A stretch of DNA of 57,323 bases from the IMG/VR virus record IMGVR_UViG_3300025084_003544, positions 1-57,323 of that record, one strand, 5' to 3'. Position 1 is the stretch's first letter. Each line of letters opens with the position of its first letter. The stretch is from a virus (lineage: Duplodnaviria > Caudoviricetes). Position numbers and translations under genes: made by a program. Positions 21,401 through 29,156 of this stretch are shown in pieces. The notes beneath the pieces are model-generated. The model searched no databases. It was not told the DNA's origin and saw only the letters and a program-made list of their open reading frames with translations.

Positions 21401-24400
21401 ATGTGGATGCCCATCTCCACGCTTGGGATTTGGATGTCTCATAGAGATTAGTGGATGGTGAACTTCCAATTGTAAATACGTTACCTTCATCAATAGGACT
21501 AACATGCCGAATTTCAAATATGTCACCGGTTTGAAGTTCAACTTGATCATTAGATTTTATTTCATTAACAGTTGGTGTTTCTGAGAATGTAGATTTTGCT
21601 ATTTCGACTTGAGAGAATGTAGAGTAATATGTACCGTCTACGACTTGACTTATCAGACTAACGTCAAAATCATAGCCAGTGTTTGTACTTCTAACTTGCA
21701 GACGACTGTTATCATAAGTTACTGTAAAGTTTGAACCTAGTGCAGTAGAAAGTTTCGATTCCCATGCTTCAATAAATTCACTCAGTGTTCTTAAGTTTGT
21801 TTGATTGAATGTATCATCTGATGCGTTATCGAAAGAATCAAAAGAAATATGTGCAGTTGTGATATTACTGTCTAATGCATTATTGTTTGAGTTGGGCGCA
21901 ACATCATTAACATTGCTAATAGTGTCTAGAGCGTTATTTCCAAACGTGTAATAAGAAACAAGCCCTTCTGCAGTACTATTCCCTGATGATGTGAAATTGG
22001 CATGATCAAACCACTTACCGCTATTATAATGCTCAGCAGACGTTGGAACGCCTTCTCCGGAGAGATCGACGTCATAAATTGCCAAATCTGCAATCTTGAG
22101 ACTAAAGTCTGAATCCGGATCACCAACATAGATATAACTAGCGCATGCATTTACGTTATCTCCGCTGCTTACCGTGCCCGATTCGGTGGTGACTCCAGTT
22201 ATACTAGATCCATCGATCCACAAGTTCCAACTGTCATTGTAAGAATCATTAAAAGTTAACTTAAATGATCGGAAGCCGCCACTAGAATAACTAAGAGTGA
22301 ATTTGGTTTCTCTATAATCAGTAGTACTGTCATTAAAATATCTTCTACAGACAAGTTTGTGCGTCGCGGAGATTCCACTTCCAGTTCTCTCATATAATAT
22401 TTCAATTGACTTGTCGGAAAACGTGCTGCGTGTTAATTTAACAATATCATATGTATCATTTACAGTAGGATCTTCACCTGCACCACCTGTGTCAATGTCC
22501 ATGTGAAAAAATATTGCAACACCGTTTCCTGCCGTAAAGCCAGAAAAAGTAGTATGCCTCATGTATCCGCTATTTCCCATATCTGCAAATTTTCTTTCTT
22601 TATAAGTCTTGATCCATTTATTTGTAGAATCATCAGTCCTAGAGGTATCATCATTTTGTGTTTTAAAGTTAATCCCAGCAATTGTTATGCCCATTGCGTC
22701 CCTGTTAGTGGCGGCATTATCATCTACGCTATTAAAAGTTGTGACTACTCCTGCTCTGTCCCCGTATCTCTTTATAGATTCTAAAGTAAAACCACCAGAT
22801 GAACCGGTTCCGCTGTTGTACGCCCCATCTAAAGTAAATGTCCCAGTTGTTGCCGTTGGAGACTCATGGATTCCTTTGAGAGTTACTGATGCTGATGCTC
22901 TAACCTCTGGAATGTTTGAACCAGAAACTCTAAATGTAGCAGTCGGATGTGTTGCTGCTGTATATTGTCTTGTGTCAGAAACTGTAAATGTATTCGTGGC
23001 AGTTGTTCCAACATAATGTGCTCCACTTACTTCGAAAGATGCTGTACTACTTGTTCCTAAAACTGTTCTTTCGTCTGCGGTGAATCGGAATGACGAACTT
23101 ACCGGCGGAGTAAACGTCTCTAACACAGTAAACTCGCCGGTTGCGGCAGTCCCTTGTACGTTTGCTCCGGTAATTTCAAATGCTCCAGAGGCTGCGATAC
23201 CTGTTGGTTGCATACCTTGAACTGTGAAAGAGCCAGATGCAAGTGAGCCAAACCTAGTAGCGCCTTTTAACTTAAAAGAGCCTGTCGCAACAGAGCCGCT
23301 TTCTAACAATTGAAACTCACTTAAGCCATTATGGAAGTGATGATCTTGGCTCTGAAGGACACCGGGTGCTCCTGCGGAGTTTGATGCTGCAGACTGTGCA
23401 TTTGAACTAGTAAAGTTTGTTCTAGAATCCATGTTCCAGATTGATTGAGACGGTATAACATTGGTTAAATACCCGTCATTCTTAAGGATTTGAACTTGCT
23501 TGTTCAGGCTACCTTCTTTAAAAAGAGATGCAGTGACGTTAGTTTTACGACGCCCAACTTCATCTAGTCTATGGTATGAGCCAGTTTCACTAGTATCAGT
23601 ATTATACAGTTCGTTCTCACCATCAGTCCAAAACTTGGACACAAAGTAATGCCTATGCCTAGTACTATATTTTGTGTGCTTGACATATCTTGGGAATATA
23701 ATTTGTTTAATATTTTTCTTAAGAATTTCTACATCGTCAGTGTTCTTTGAATAATACCCATATAATGAATCATAGAGAGTTTCGTTCTTTTGCATGTCAG
23801 AGTCAAATCTCAATTTCATACTATCAAAATGATACTTCATGTTGACATAAGGGTACTTGAATGTAAATTCAGATTCCTTAAATTGAACATTTGCTGTGTT
23901 TGGGATATTTTCTGTTACTCTAGATTCTTCTACGCTTTCTGAGTTTAGATTATATCCGTAAGATTTCTTGAGACGGTTATTTGCATTTGTATCATTGTTA
24001 CGAATCTGTTCCCAAGTTGGATATCCGTAAGACGTTACTCCATCAATTCTTTGGTTGATCACGCTTTGGCTCAAAACCGTATTCTGGTTATGTTCGTGAG
24101 GGAATCTTGAGGTATTCCCACTAGGCTCTGAGAGCCCTGATAAGATATGTCCAGACATCGATGAGGTTGCAGCAGACGCTGAATGTGATTGCTTTACCCA
24201 CTGGTATTGATAGTCAGATTGTGGTATCTGATGTTGTACCCAATAATTATCATTGTCTTTAGCCTGTTCCGATGCATCCCATTTTGGGTTTCTATTCACT
24301 TTGTGGAATGCAGGATTGTCTGCTCCTAATACCGAGTCTATACCAAATTGTGCAGAGTGCCTTGTTAAGTGAGTCAACAATCCATAGCGATTACCATGAA

Positions 24401-27400
24401 TGTCGAAGAGGCGTATGGTTCCAGCCTCTCCAGATCCCAACCCTCTTACTTGTAGATTGCGGAATGGAAGTGCGTTGTATGCAGACTTTTCTTTACCGTA
24501 CATATCTAAAAATACTTCAGACATCGTCTCAAACCCACCGGGGGCAGAAAATCTGTTTGCAATGACATGCTTGCTGTCACCTGTTACAGAGTTCTCTGTT
24601 GTGCTCTTGACTCCTCCCAAGTAAAGACTTGAAGAGTTGAAGTTGGATGCTAAGTTCCCATTTCCACCAACGCCTCTAGATACCAAACTTGCTTCTAAAT
24701 TAGTTTCTGGTAATCTAGAATTAATCGTGTTGTGCAAATTTGATTCAGCAATATCAATGAACCTAGTCTTGTTTGTTGATCTTCCAAAAGTATGTACGAA
24801 TTGGTATGTTTTTTGGTAGTTTCCTACTTGCGAACCAGAAGTTTGAATATTCTTGATGTTCAGAGGGCGTTTGGCTCTCTCATCACGATAATAGCGTGCT
24901 TTTGCCTGATCGATCCTAAAGTGCGGTGCTTCTGCTTGATTTGAGTACGGATATGGGTAATCGGCGCCGGCGACTCCAATTGAGCCACTAGCATTTTCAA
25001 TATTATTTAATAAGATTTTATAGCCTTCACCACGATTTGATTCAGAATCTGAACCTTTGTTTAAGGGAGCGTGTCTAGATTGATGCCCACCAACCCATCT
25101 TTCTGTAAAGGGAGATTGCATTGGAATCTCATTTGTCAAATCAGTCGTGTCGGAATGTACGTTAGTTATGTCGATAGAGCCTCCATCTGCCCCTAAGGTA
25201 CCACTGACATCACCAGTGTATCCTGTTGAAACTGATGAAGACATGATATTGAATGGCATTACCATACCACCCTTGAACAAACCATCGTGTCCCCCTGATA
25301 GTTCGTGATGAAATCCTTGAAATCCGTCAAGTGCACTGAAGGCTCTTTTGATTTTCTCAGTTACTGGACGCTCATCTGTACAATCTTTAAGAGAAAAGAA
25401 CATATCGTTGTTTGTAATTACATATCGTAAAGGGAATGCTCCAAATTCTCCATATTTGGCAGGAGATTCAGCAACCTCTTTGGTAGCACTCCAAATATAA
25501 TCTCTTTTCTTATTATCTTCATAGTTTGTCCCACCATGGATTGCTCTTGCCCTGTCAACGGCAAAATGTTGTGCCGTTGTATATGAACGATTTAGGACTG
25601 AGTTTCTTGCTTGAAAAACCTTTACTCTGGAATTGTTAGAGCCGGATGTCGAGCCAGATAATGGCGAGCGATCTCTCTCTGCTCTTTCGAGCCACCAGAA
25701 ACAGTTTTCATTCTCAGGAGTCCCTCCAACAGGTGCATGCCCTTGTTTCCATGGGTACAGGTGCCTGTTGATGGTGTTCATGCCACCTTCTAATGTCGGA
25801 GTTTTAAACTCTATTGTGGGAAACTTATGTGTGTATTTATCTCTAGAGAATACATAATTCTCAATCACATTATTAATACCGTCAGAATGAGCCAAGGATG
25901 CAGGCACAAGAGCCACCAACATCTCACCCAGTGAATCATCTAGCCACTTATAATAATCAATGTATTTGTCCAAATCAGGCTCGTTAGACACTCTCTCGAA
26001 GAAGAGTTGTCTTAAATTTCTGAGATCTTTGTACTCTTCTCTATACTTATCTACTGGGCGTCCGATTAAGTTGTTAAAATCTTTAACCGAAGACATGAAG
26101 CGTATCATCTCTTCAGATACGGTTTGTGCCATTGATTTCTCAAAAGCAATATAAAAGTCTTGCGGTAAAGTCTCTTTTGTGAATTGGATATCGTCTTGTT
26201 GGCGAATCTCGATCATATCATCGCCTTGCAATATTTCAGGGTAAGTTGATCTTGCGGCGTTGATATATTCCACATCAATAACTTTTTCATCATTAGATAG
26301 AAAGAAGTCTCCTCTACCATGATAAAACTTTCTCTTCACATCTTCAAACGCTTGTACATATCTTTGCTCGCCAGAGCCACTAGTGACATCTAGGGAAATG
26401 AATTGTCCGTTTGAATCAGAATTAGATAATGTTTTAAAGTCCCAATTTAACAATAAAGTATCAATCTCTGGGATCTTGATATCATTAACATCGTCTTCCA
26501 TCAAATAGGCAGAACGCATTGGGGATTTAGCACCAATGTTACTACTATCATATGAATGATGCAGTAAGGTTTCGTTATCTAGATAGTTCATCCAGTATCT
26601 GACAAAGCCAATCTTATGATCAGAACTTTCTTGTACAGAACCAGTAAAGTTTGTTCTCTTGGCTCCGGCATATATCCGTTTTGAAGAATTCAAAAAGTTA
26701 TGCGCATTTGCCTCTGTAACAGAAGAACTCAATTCAAAAGAATTGATTGTATAATTTCCTTCAGTATTGTACCCCACAAAATCAATTATATAATCTGCAT
26801 TTAATGAAGAACTAGCCACAAAGTCTGTTGTTGGAAATTTCTCATTACGTATACGGAAAGAGAATAGCCATTCATTATTGAGGTACATATCATCATATAA
26901 AGATGAAGAAAGGTGTACACCTAGGACTGACGATGATAGATGAAACCTAACCCTTTTAGATTCTACTCTATCTCTCTCAGAATACATTTGAATCTCTGAG
27001 TAGTCTGTTCCCGGAATTGTATAATCACTCCCGTCAGAAGCATCTGCTTGGTGCATGCCCAAGATTACAGATTTTGTAAATGGAGTATTGTATCCATATG
27101 CAGAATTCCATTCTAATTTATTGGGAAGTATTACTTGAGTCTCTACTGTAATCGGTATGTATTTTTCAAACTCAGCGCCAGAGCCAGATATGAAACTAAC
27201 CCCGTTTGAGCCTGATGCATACTGATATACAGTACCATTAAACCTGTCTGGATGGTTAAAATCAACAAACTTTTCTTTAGTTGCTCGAATATTGTAACGA
27301 TCTTTTACTTCAAAATCAACATTATCGCCATAAAAATTAATTTTAACGACATCTTCATCAATCCCAAAAGCATGCAAGACATTTCTAAATGCCTTATTCG

Positions 27401-29156
27401 TTCCTTTCTCTTTGTAAATATTGATCAAAGATGAGTAAACATTCTGATATATCTGATTCTTGACGTCATGAATCTTCATTTCGTAATTTTCATCTTCACT
27501 ACGTGTTGCCAATGCTTCGATCACACTAGCGTCTGCGAATAATTCTGGTGCTACAAATCCCGCATTTGTCAAAAGTCTGTCGGCAAATGGTAGAGGTTTT
27601 ACTCCACCTTCAGTATTTGTATTACCGTTCTTATCGTTTATTTTAGTTTGAAAATGTGCATATACATCTTTGAGGCTGTTAAGATCCTGAATGTGCAGAT
27701 ACAGATTATCATAATAACTAGCCATAATGTGCGTAAGGATATTGACATTACCTTCTTCTTTGTCTTCGTCTAGAATCCATCCCGGAACTGACTTAATAAG
27801 AGATGCATTGTTATTGATATCATGCATACTACCAGACGCTTTTAGTGCGTTCAATGTAGAGATATATTGAGGATGTGACGAATAGATAGTAGGATCTTTG
27901 AATTCTTTCGCTGATGCGCCTGCAAGTACAATAGCCGACTCTTCTGATCTAGCACCAGATTGATACCCAACCCATGCTCCATTAGAAACACGTCCTGAAT
28001 AATCTAACACTGTTGAGTCAATGCTTGCAGTTTGTGTGATCCCTTCATTAAATTTATAGTATACTCCCAAGTTAGTATTCGCTTCGTCTGTATTTGTACC
28101 ACCACCAATATTAGTCCAGTAGTAGCGTCCAACTTCTTTAGAATTTCTTTCAGTCTTCCAGTATCTGAACTCGTCTAGCGAGCCAGAAAATTTACCAGCA
28201 CCCTCTGTAACTGTCGGAGAACCTGATGGGGCAGTGCGTAGCGCACCAATATAAGAAATAAGAGAACCGGTTACATTATCGATAGCAGCAGAACTTAGCG
28301 TTTGTGCTTGATTGAAGTTTCCATTAATATATAAATTAGCAGAAATGTCACTGCCACTATTTTTAAGGCTCAATGCAACATGAGTCCAGTCTACTATAGA
28401 GCCAGTTGTTAAATTTTGCCCAATACTTTGGTTTTGTACACCAGAAGTACCACTTAGTGCGGTAAACAAGAAGGGAGAACCAGCAGAAGCGCCAGTAAGT
28501 TCCAGTCGAAGTCTACCGTATTGTGCCGAACTGGATGCTTCGCCATTCCACAAGTCGAATAGTACCTCTTTCTCTGTTTTTGATGTATCGAAAGCAGGCT
28601 TTTTTACCCACATCTCAAGAGTTACACCGTCGTTTAAGTTAAATTTGAGGTTTGACTCTCTAGATTTACTGTTGTCAAGTATATTGGCATCACCATATTG
28701 CTTCTGTAGCCCTATCAAATCGGACTTATTTGGGCCGCCAAATGTCTTAATATATGTATTTGTTGTCGATTTTCCGTAACCGTCAATAATTGAACCATTT
28801 AAAGTACCCCAACTTGGGTAACTGAGACTTACGTGTCCATTAAATCTAGGATATTTATGCTCGAACAAATACATGTCGATGAATGTCGAATCAAAAATCC
28901 AATCATATTTTTCTTTTTCAGAGCCATCATATGGATATGTATTTCGAATTCTTTTGAACCCATCATCATAATATCTTTCTGCCGAGCCAAAGAAGGCAAA
29001 GTTCTTTGGATCACTATAGTCAACGTTAGGCATGAATCTTATCTTATCCTTATTGAAGGACTCAATATACTCTTGAGATTCTACCTCGTTAGCCATATCT
29101 TCCAGACTAGAAGATTTAATTGTTTTTGTTGAATTGAATAAGTCTTTAAGTTTCAT
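12480..29156 (-). CDS. 5558-aa giant virion protein: gp7/P2 gpI-like baseplate wedge core with LamG domains and an inserted repeat fibre
   Basis: Lies two genes downstream of the gp6-like gene. IYKEKGTNKAFRNVLHAFG (KGT at 27399-27407) matches the gp7/gpI wedge motif. LamG/ConA-like signatures include TLEMWVK...WTHVAL...LYING...FSGSLDEFRYW and TFCAWLR...FVAIV...LYIDG...FIGAIAQISIW. The central region is repetitive. Confidence 0.8.
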   Translation of the reverse strand: MKLKDLFNSTKTIKSSSLEDMANEVESQEYIESFNKDKIRFMPNVDYSDPKNFAFFGSAERYYDDGFKRIRNTYPYDGSEKEKYDWIFDSTFIDMYLFEHKYPRFNGHVSLSYPSWGTLNGSIIDGYGKSTTNTYIKTFGGPNKSDLIGLQKQYGDANILDNSKSRESNLKFNLNDGVTLEMWVKKPAFDTSKTEKEVLFDLWNGEASSSAQYGRLRLELTGASAGSPFLFTALSGTSGVQNQSIGQNLTTGSIVDWTHVALSLKNSGSDISANLYINGNFNQAQTLSSAAIDNVTGSLISYIGALRTAPSGSPTVTEGAGKFSGSLDEFRYWKTERNSKEVGRYYWTNIGGGTNTDEANTNLGVYYKFNEGITQTASIDSTVLDYSGRVSNGAWVGYQSGARSEESAIVLAGASAKEFKDPTIYSSHPQYISTLNALKASGSMHDINNNASLIKSVPGWILDEDKEEGNVNILTHIMASYYDNLYLHIQDLNSLKDVYAHFQTKINDKNGNTNTEGGVKPLPFADRLLTNAGFVAPELFADASVIEALATRSEDENYEMKIHDVKNQIYQNVYSSLINIYKEKGTNKAFRNVLHAFGIDEDVVKINFYGDNVDFEVKDRYNIRATKEKFVDFNHPDRFNGTVYQYASGSNGVSFISGSGAEFEKYIPITVETQVILPNKLEWNSAYGYNTPFTKSVILGMHQADASDGSDYTIPGTDYSEIQMYSERDRVESKRVRFHLSSSVLGVHLSSSLYDDMYLNNEWLFSFRIRNEKFPTTDFVASSSLNADYIIDFVGYNTEGNYTINSFELSSSVTEANAHNFLNSSKRIYAGAKRTNFTGSVQESSDHKIGFVRYWMNYLDNETLLHHSYDSSNIGAKSPMRSAYLMEDDVNDIKIPEIDTLLLNWDFKTLSNSDSNGQFISLDVTSGSGEQRYVQAFEDVKRKFYHGRGDFFLSNDEKVIDVEYINAARSTYPEILQGDDMIEIRQQDDIQFTKETLPQDFYIAFEKSMAQTVSEEMIRFMSSVKDFNNLIGRPVDKYREEYKDLRNLRQLFFERVSNEPDLDKYIDYYKWLDDSLGEMLVALVPASLAHSDGINNVIENYVFSRDKYTHKFPTIEFKTPTLEGGMNTINRHLYPWKQGHAPVGGTPENENCFWWLERAERDRSPLSGSTSGSNNSRVKVFQARNSVLNRSYTTAQHFAVDRARAIHGGTNYEDNKKRDYIWSATKEVAESPAKYGEFGAFPLRYVITNNDMFFSLKDCTDERPVTEKIKRAFSALDGFQGFHHELSGGHDGLFKGGMVMPFNIMSSSVSTGYTGDVSGTLGADGGSIDITNVHSDTTDLTNEIPMQSPFTERWVGGHQSRHAPLNKGSDSESNRGEGYKILLNNIENASGSIGVAGADYPYPYSNQAEAPHFRIDQAKARYYRDERAKRPLNIKNIQTSGSQVGNYQKTYQFVHTFGRSTNKTRFIDIAESNLHNTINSRLPETNLEASLVSRGVGGNGNLASNFNSSSLYLGGVKSTTENSVTGDSKHVIANRFSAPGGFETMSEVFLDMYGKEKSAYNALPFRNLQVRGLGSGEAGTIRLFDIHGNRYGLLTHLTRHSAQFGIDSVLGADNPAFHKVNRNPKWDASEQAKDNDNYWVQHQIPQSDYQYQWVKQSHSASAATSSMSGHILSGLSEPSGNTSRFPHEHNQNTVLSQSVINQRIDGVTSYGYPTWEQIRNNDTNANNRLKKSYGYNLNSESVEESRVTENIPNTANVQFKESEFTFKYPYVNMKYHFDSMKLRFDSDMQKNETLYDSLYGYYSKNTDDVEILKKNIKQIIFPRYVKHTKYSTRHRHYFVSKFWTDGENELYNTDTSETGSYHRLDEVGRRKTNVTASLFKEGSLNKQVQILKNDGYLTNVIPSQSIWNMDSRTNFTSSNAQSAASNSAGAPGVLQSQDHHFHNGLSEFQLLESGSVATGSFKLKGATRFGSLASGSFTVQGMQPTGIAASGAFEITGANVQGTAATGEFTVLETFTPPVSSSFRFTADERTVLGTSSTASFEVSGAHYVGTTATNTFTVSDTRQYTAATHPTATFRVSGSNIPEVRASASVTLKGIHESPTATTGTFTLDGAYNSGTGSSGGFTLESIKRYGDRAGVVTTFNSVDDNAATNRDAMGITIAGINFKTQNDDTSRTDDSTNKWIKTYKERKFADMGNSGYMRHTTFSGFTAGNGVAIFFHMDIDTGGAGEDPTVNDTYDIVKLTRSTFSDKSIEILYERTGSGISATHKLVCRRYFNDSTTDYRETKFTLSYSSGGFRSFKLTFNDSYNDSWNLWIDGSSITGVTTESGTVSSGDNVNACASYIYVGDPDSDFSLKIADLAIYDVDLSGEGVPTSAEHYNSGKWFDHANFTSSGNSTAEGLVSYYTFGNNALDTISNVNDVAPNSNNNALDSNITTAHISFDSFDNASDDTFNQTNLRTLSEFIEAWESKLSTALGSNFTVTYDNSRLQVRSTNTGYDFDVSLISQVVDGTYYSTFSQVEIAKSTFSETPTVNEIKSNDQVELQTGDIFEIRHVSPIDEGNVFTIGSSPSTNLYETSKSQAWRWASTSLQRVDLYNTNYSGFNDTSTDMTFCAWLRAESNTSGRKQIAVFFQQSSDTTPSTKSLDIYQNYDDIIVQLEQNGSSNNKAYTFSNVLSTERYQFVAIVIDRGSITTQPVLYIDGVEITATPTSTGSGTGVCEEINSIFIADYPNTSTNYEFIGAIAQISIWSDKLTSDDILEIYNYGRYRELITHPKFINCNDWWLFEGGTSSELPSLDTDLTTQVSNENTLSSLSEVPTGITSNNNTVNQNDLTLISAAGVTDVIKLTYGIIFEGKIYGGSVWTTNTASAGDFWDHMDTQIEADSNYESVTRVSTDSGARADFTIITPVGQEATNTPSFTQDGSSFSDAVQFSGYVAPSGILSSLEATKIYIRRRDSSGAYDKAGSLSDTNNYVQINFQFSIFASDATSPSHNHNPVNITVYGDTDTDTDAELWDKVLEAINNSVSLDVTATRTNGTFTLISNTTGDGNTYFIREDDEGNHISGISNTGGTEQIGVSDAQRFEIPYYDSSTRTFENLTFEIDIATGGTNALTNASHIALPALPSSEQTWQSTYTISEGNNSQFWNAITGTIAAADSGKVGDNYDIAYTVDSSGAEPEAKIVFTVKEDAFSSDGVITSGSWDNENITTAGESAPSHEDFSVYSAECGVKEGDFFRLTVDSATKQFEIDSGSFGDDGNTRRIDAYGVSSATFWSNLSTALTQEMGSGFTVSYTVNDDTNNCDDYSDFTITKNSAGLYNFDISKVGDSFSNETDTDGTNAFGFGTSTGGSNRLQIGGTTVVQAATDNTYPNVDRDQSQTNIINNIISSIEATSPGTNYTVTSAGTGNSRTFTVTANTVGTADNRTLTGNGQFTSNGNIIGGTNISGSVSGHSISIGTETYTLSTTTSSPSRTIDITDRTDEYVWSNLESQIEGTSSFNVSRTNVGNVATFTLTSKVTGSDQNNADEPITSADASFDITQTAQNGTSETGAIDGHYINFYADSGAANGYRVTIDKDNSNTGGLNYSASVAVSGFTTIYVDSTRASNTDFWNTIETALEAEGFAVAQGVDNPRTFTVTNYVTGAAGNGGASGNGGTSGGTFVKIDNAFATGSDSSGADLGDTIEIDGTTFTITHTSTSSASQVQASGVTDAEFWESLRTKVNVQTGYSAVTGSDSPRTFTITSVSTGSSEDPNISVTGDTFAIVDAGTAGTDETGAENGDTITIDGQTFSIDISSGLGTGSTANFHNALSHSIKTDTDFDTIAITNLGTGYHRFSLTSSVTGTAKNVAFSQNTNGSRATFQNLAGAAGGTSPIGIGDLDYIRFHTDYDDDALGEFIYFRADLNGDETDSTANKYIDVSGYTGTDAEKSTKFWNDLSQSIKDHTLFDTISISSSSNVATLSITSSVTGALFNNDLYSVYNGSDGIGFTITNNTSGGTDESGATSGDTITIDDTIFTIVHNSSPTSLQINASGVTDNNFFNALTAAVEANTDMSATFTVASNTGSFELTSSVTGTAKNISITETGNSFDELVGLSGGINGVFRGVKFGEVIPQPRYAYPHTLQSPGSMRNPTAKSNLGLIHEGYKLRSNHFALTRSLGHSTDGMFDNTSRWTTPDLSGLTPMDNNYNDWYERIRGKNKHFSLVPEYRISSHIEGIIQDGNDEKSYFAQNYWLEITGASLDDGITVAKNQRGNSSEFLREYSTSTNIRDVENFIEDNTGDLGLVPFTLTLTCDAIKSFLPYEGFYPQSRTVQMCEAFAGSYGKGISAQEANPSDTDIEFPDNNVLAQARPVFDAVMSPGLLYNTIKSGMAVDYPIVTSKMATASLKDPYGGTNHMISNELFDSRLPFETLLSPESFMSKEYIVDMNPHPSSSFNLKAKIGEASDSNYKLMSSNFFSEVMEFFLQEGKSSRIVSKPETDPDFGIVVANHAGMLPTYRSIFRVYKSRKEHPYIEFSGAADVINNSSDVSGAYDKYYNRPPSGTNYFLSEYQGLTGSALEYDVQKVNYPRPQINSYAEVETITMYSQPNAFGPPCAGGVAVEFVSVVGDTITTGENNNTTYMMYDSTNGYNAPFTPPYYDGEAWAIYTFTPQKAGKHTLNDILQNTTVDFLRYELNHESGSFGDRGTFGPQGFTINENAMQVDASFNLFKQANIDNQGNSWVIESKFETPILDFSKYLNREYNAEFESGVTSDDIYTSQLSLSGTRQEPDTLSSIHSSLSSVHQLSGVLNPIGMWHQYGEFPKEADKGIFMQMIDVPDGYEKSGTRLTIPNPKYTVVKPEISSCDGAGLDAAYNTNPRDTMYPYFARQELRRRLVGDDEFAVEGGSIQVINPDSGMIIDTELRYVDLQNIFGVTLDSTASVADNFKLFDVFRDTGSYTKEILTTNSDFTSASTVFAVKVDGTASSANNASSSSPFKGHWAASYYHYDQGNSYAPLLIVPKNYSSLEYDFGTFSKGQFEDALSDFSIGKVYTEQSTRFADADEVDCVKTSTGVVLAPSYLNDILQKNNNEITIGNLSKVNMTDASRASLGDLIGSRTISSVSTPSSLTQEAAKINRAINVSKANSNTFKSSKVRRKTFRLIPDSPAVSSLVSSDTSSYDFPEPMFVRGAIRYNAGAGTASSDTVQRSRDYFKTLVQHAPQSDKNITANPSTVRWGQFLHDDSQQQIKSLAKLVGFEQEPVKMGVTAKSRVIREAVVAVPYISNKDGIPEYLNLKLTDGTSQDPEVLRQMEKMKEYVFPPHLDFINYDVQPVPMYIFEFTKNLERTDLNGLWQGVVTEETKKVEEEQQSISHVLSPEGMLGSLKDVSPNMSILKKVRWRIFKVKQRGNFSYDEKMNSDIGKSNKINSTVGYNWPYDYFSLVENVKLSVDVELKKPQALQGAASIAPEGGYSGTGITNPVGFDASDLEIGTLVQTSQIEISENAGQSYLAAELAEQQESTFNYNDAKLAVLREFKKIIRADLNSRNKNWSDLNNRRKRRYVERAKENIVGLIVYQDMVDKFPNIEGYVSRLRPRDF
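16880..22727 (-). repeat. Twelve divergent ~100-150 aa domain-body repeats in the giant protein, the first two interrupted by LamG domains
   Basis: Recurring G-D-x-I-x-I-x-G...F-W-x-x-L...F-T-(L/I/V)-T-S-x-x-T-G...F...G-(G)-T pattern. The helix motifs in order are EFIEAW, DFWDHM, ELWDKV, QFWNAI, TFWSNL, NIINNI, YVWSNL, DFWNTI, EFWESL, NFHNAL, KFWNDL, NFFNAL. Confidence 0.85.
22728..23303 (-). repeat. Twelve tandem ~16-aa beta-strand repeats, consensus G-x-x-A-(S/T)-G-x-F-x-(V/L/I)-x-G
   Basis: ATGSFKL, ASGSFTV, ASGAFEI, ATGEFTV, SSFRFTA, STASFEV, ATNTFTV, PTATFRV, ASASVTL, TTGTFTL, SSGGFTL, AGVVTTF; 192 codons in total. Confidence 0.85.

Noticed and set aside
16880-23303. Calling the giant protein a tail sheath because its repeats resemble sheath insertion domains
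   Set aside because: No conserved sheath N- or C-terminal core motifs were recognised; the KGT motif and gene position fit a gp7-like wedge better.
12480-29156. Diversity-generating retroelement or intein as the explanation for the giant ORF
   Set aside because: No reverse transcriptase, no template/variable repeat pair differing at adenines, and no intein or LAGLIDADG motifs were noticed.
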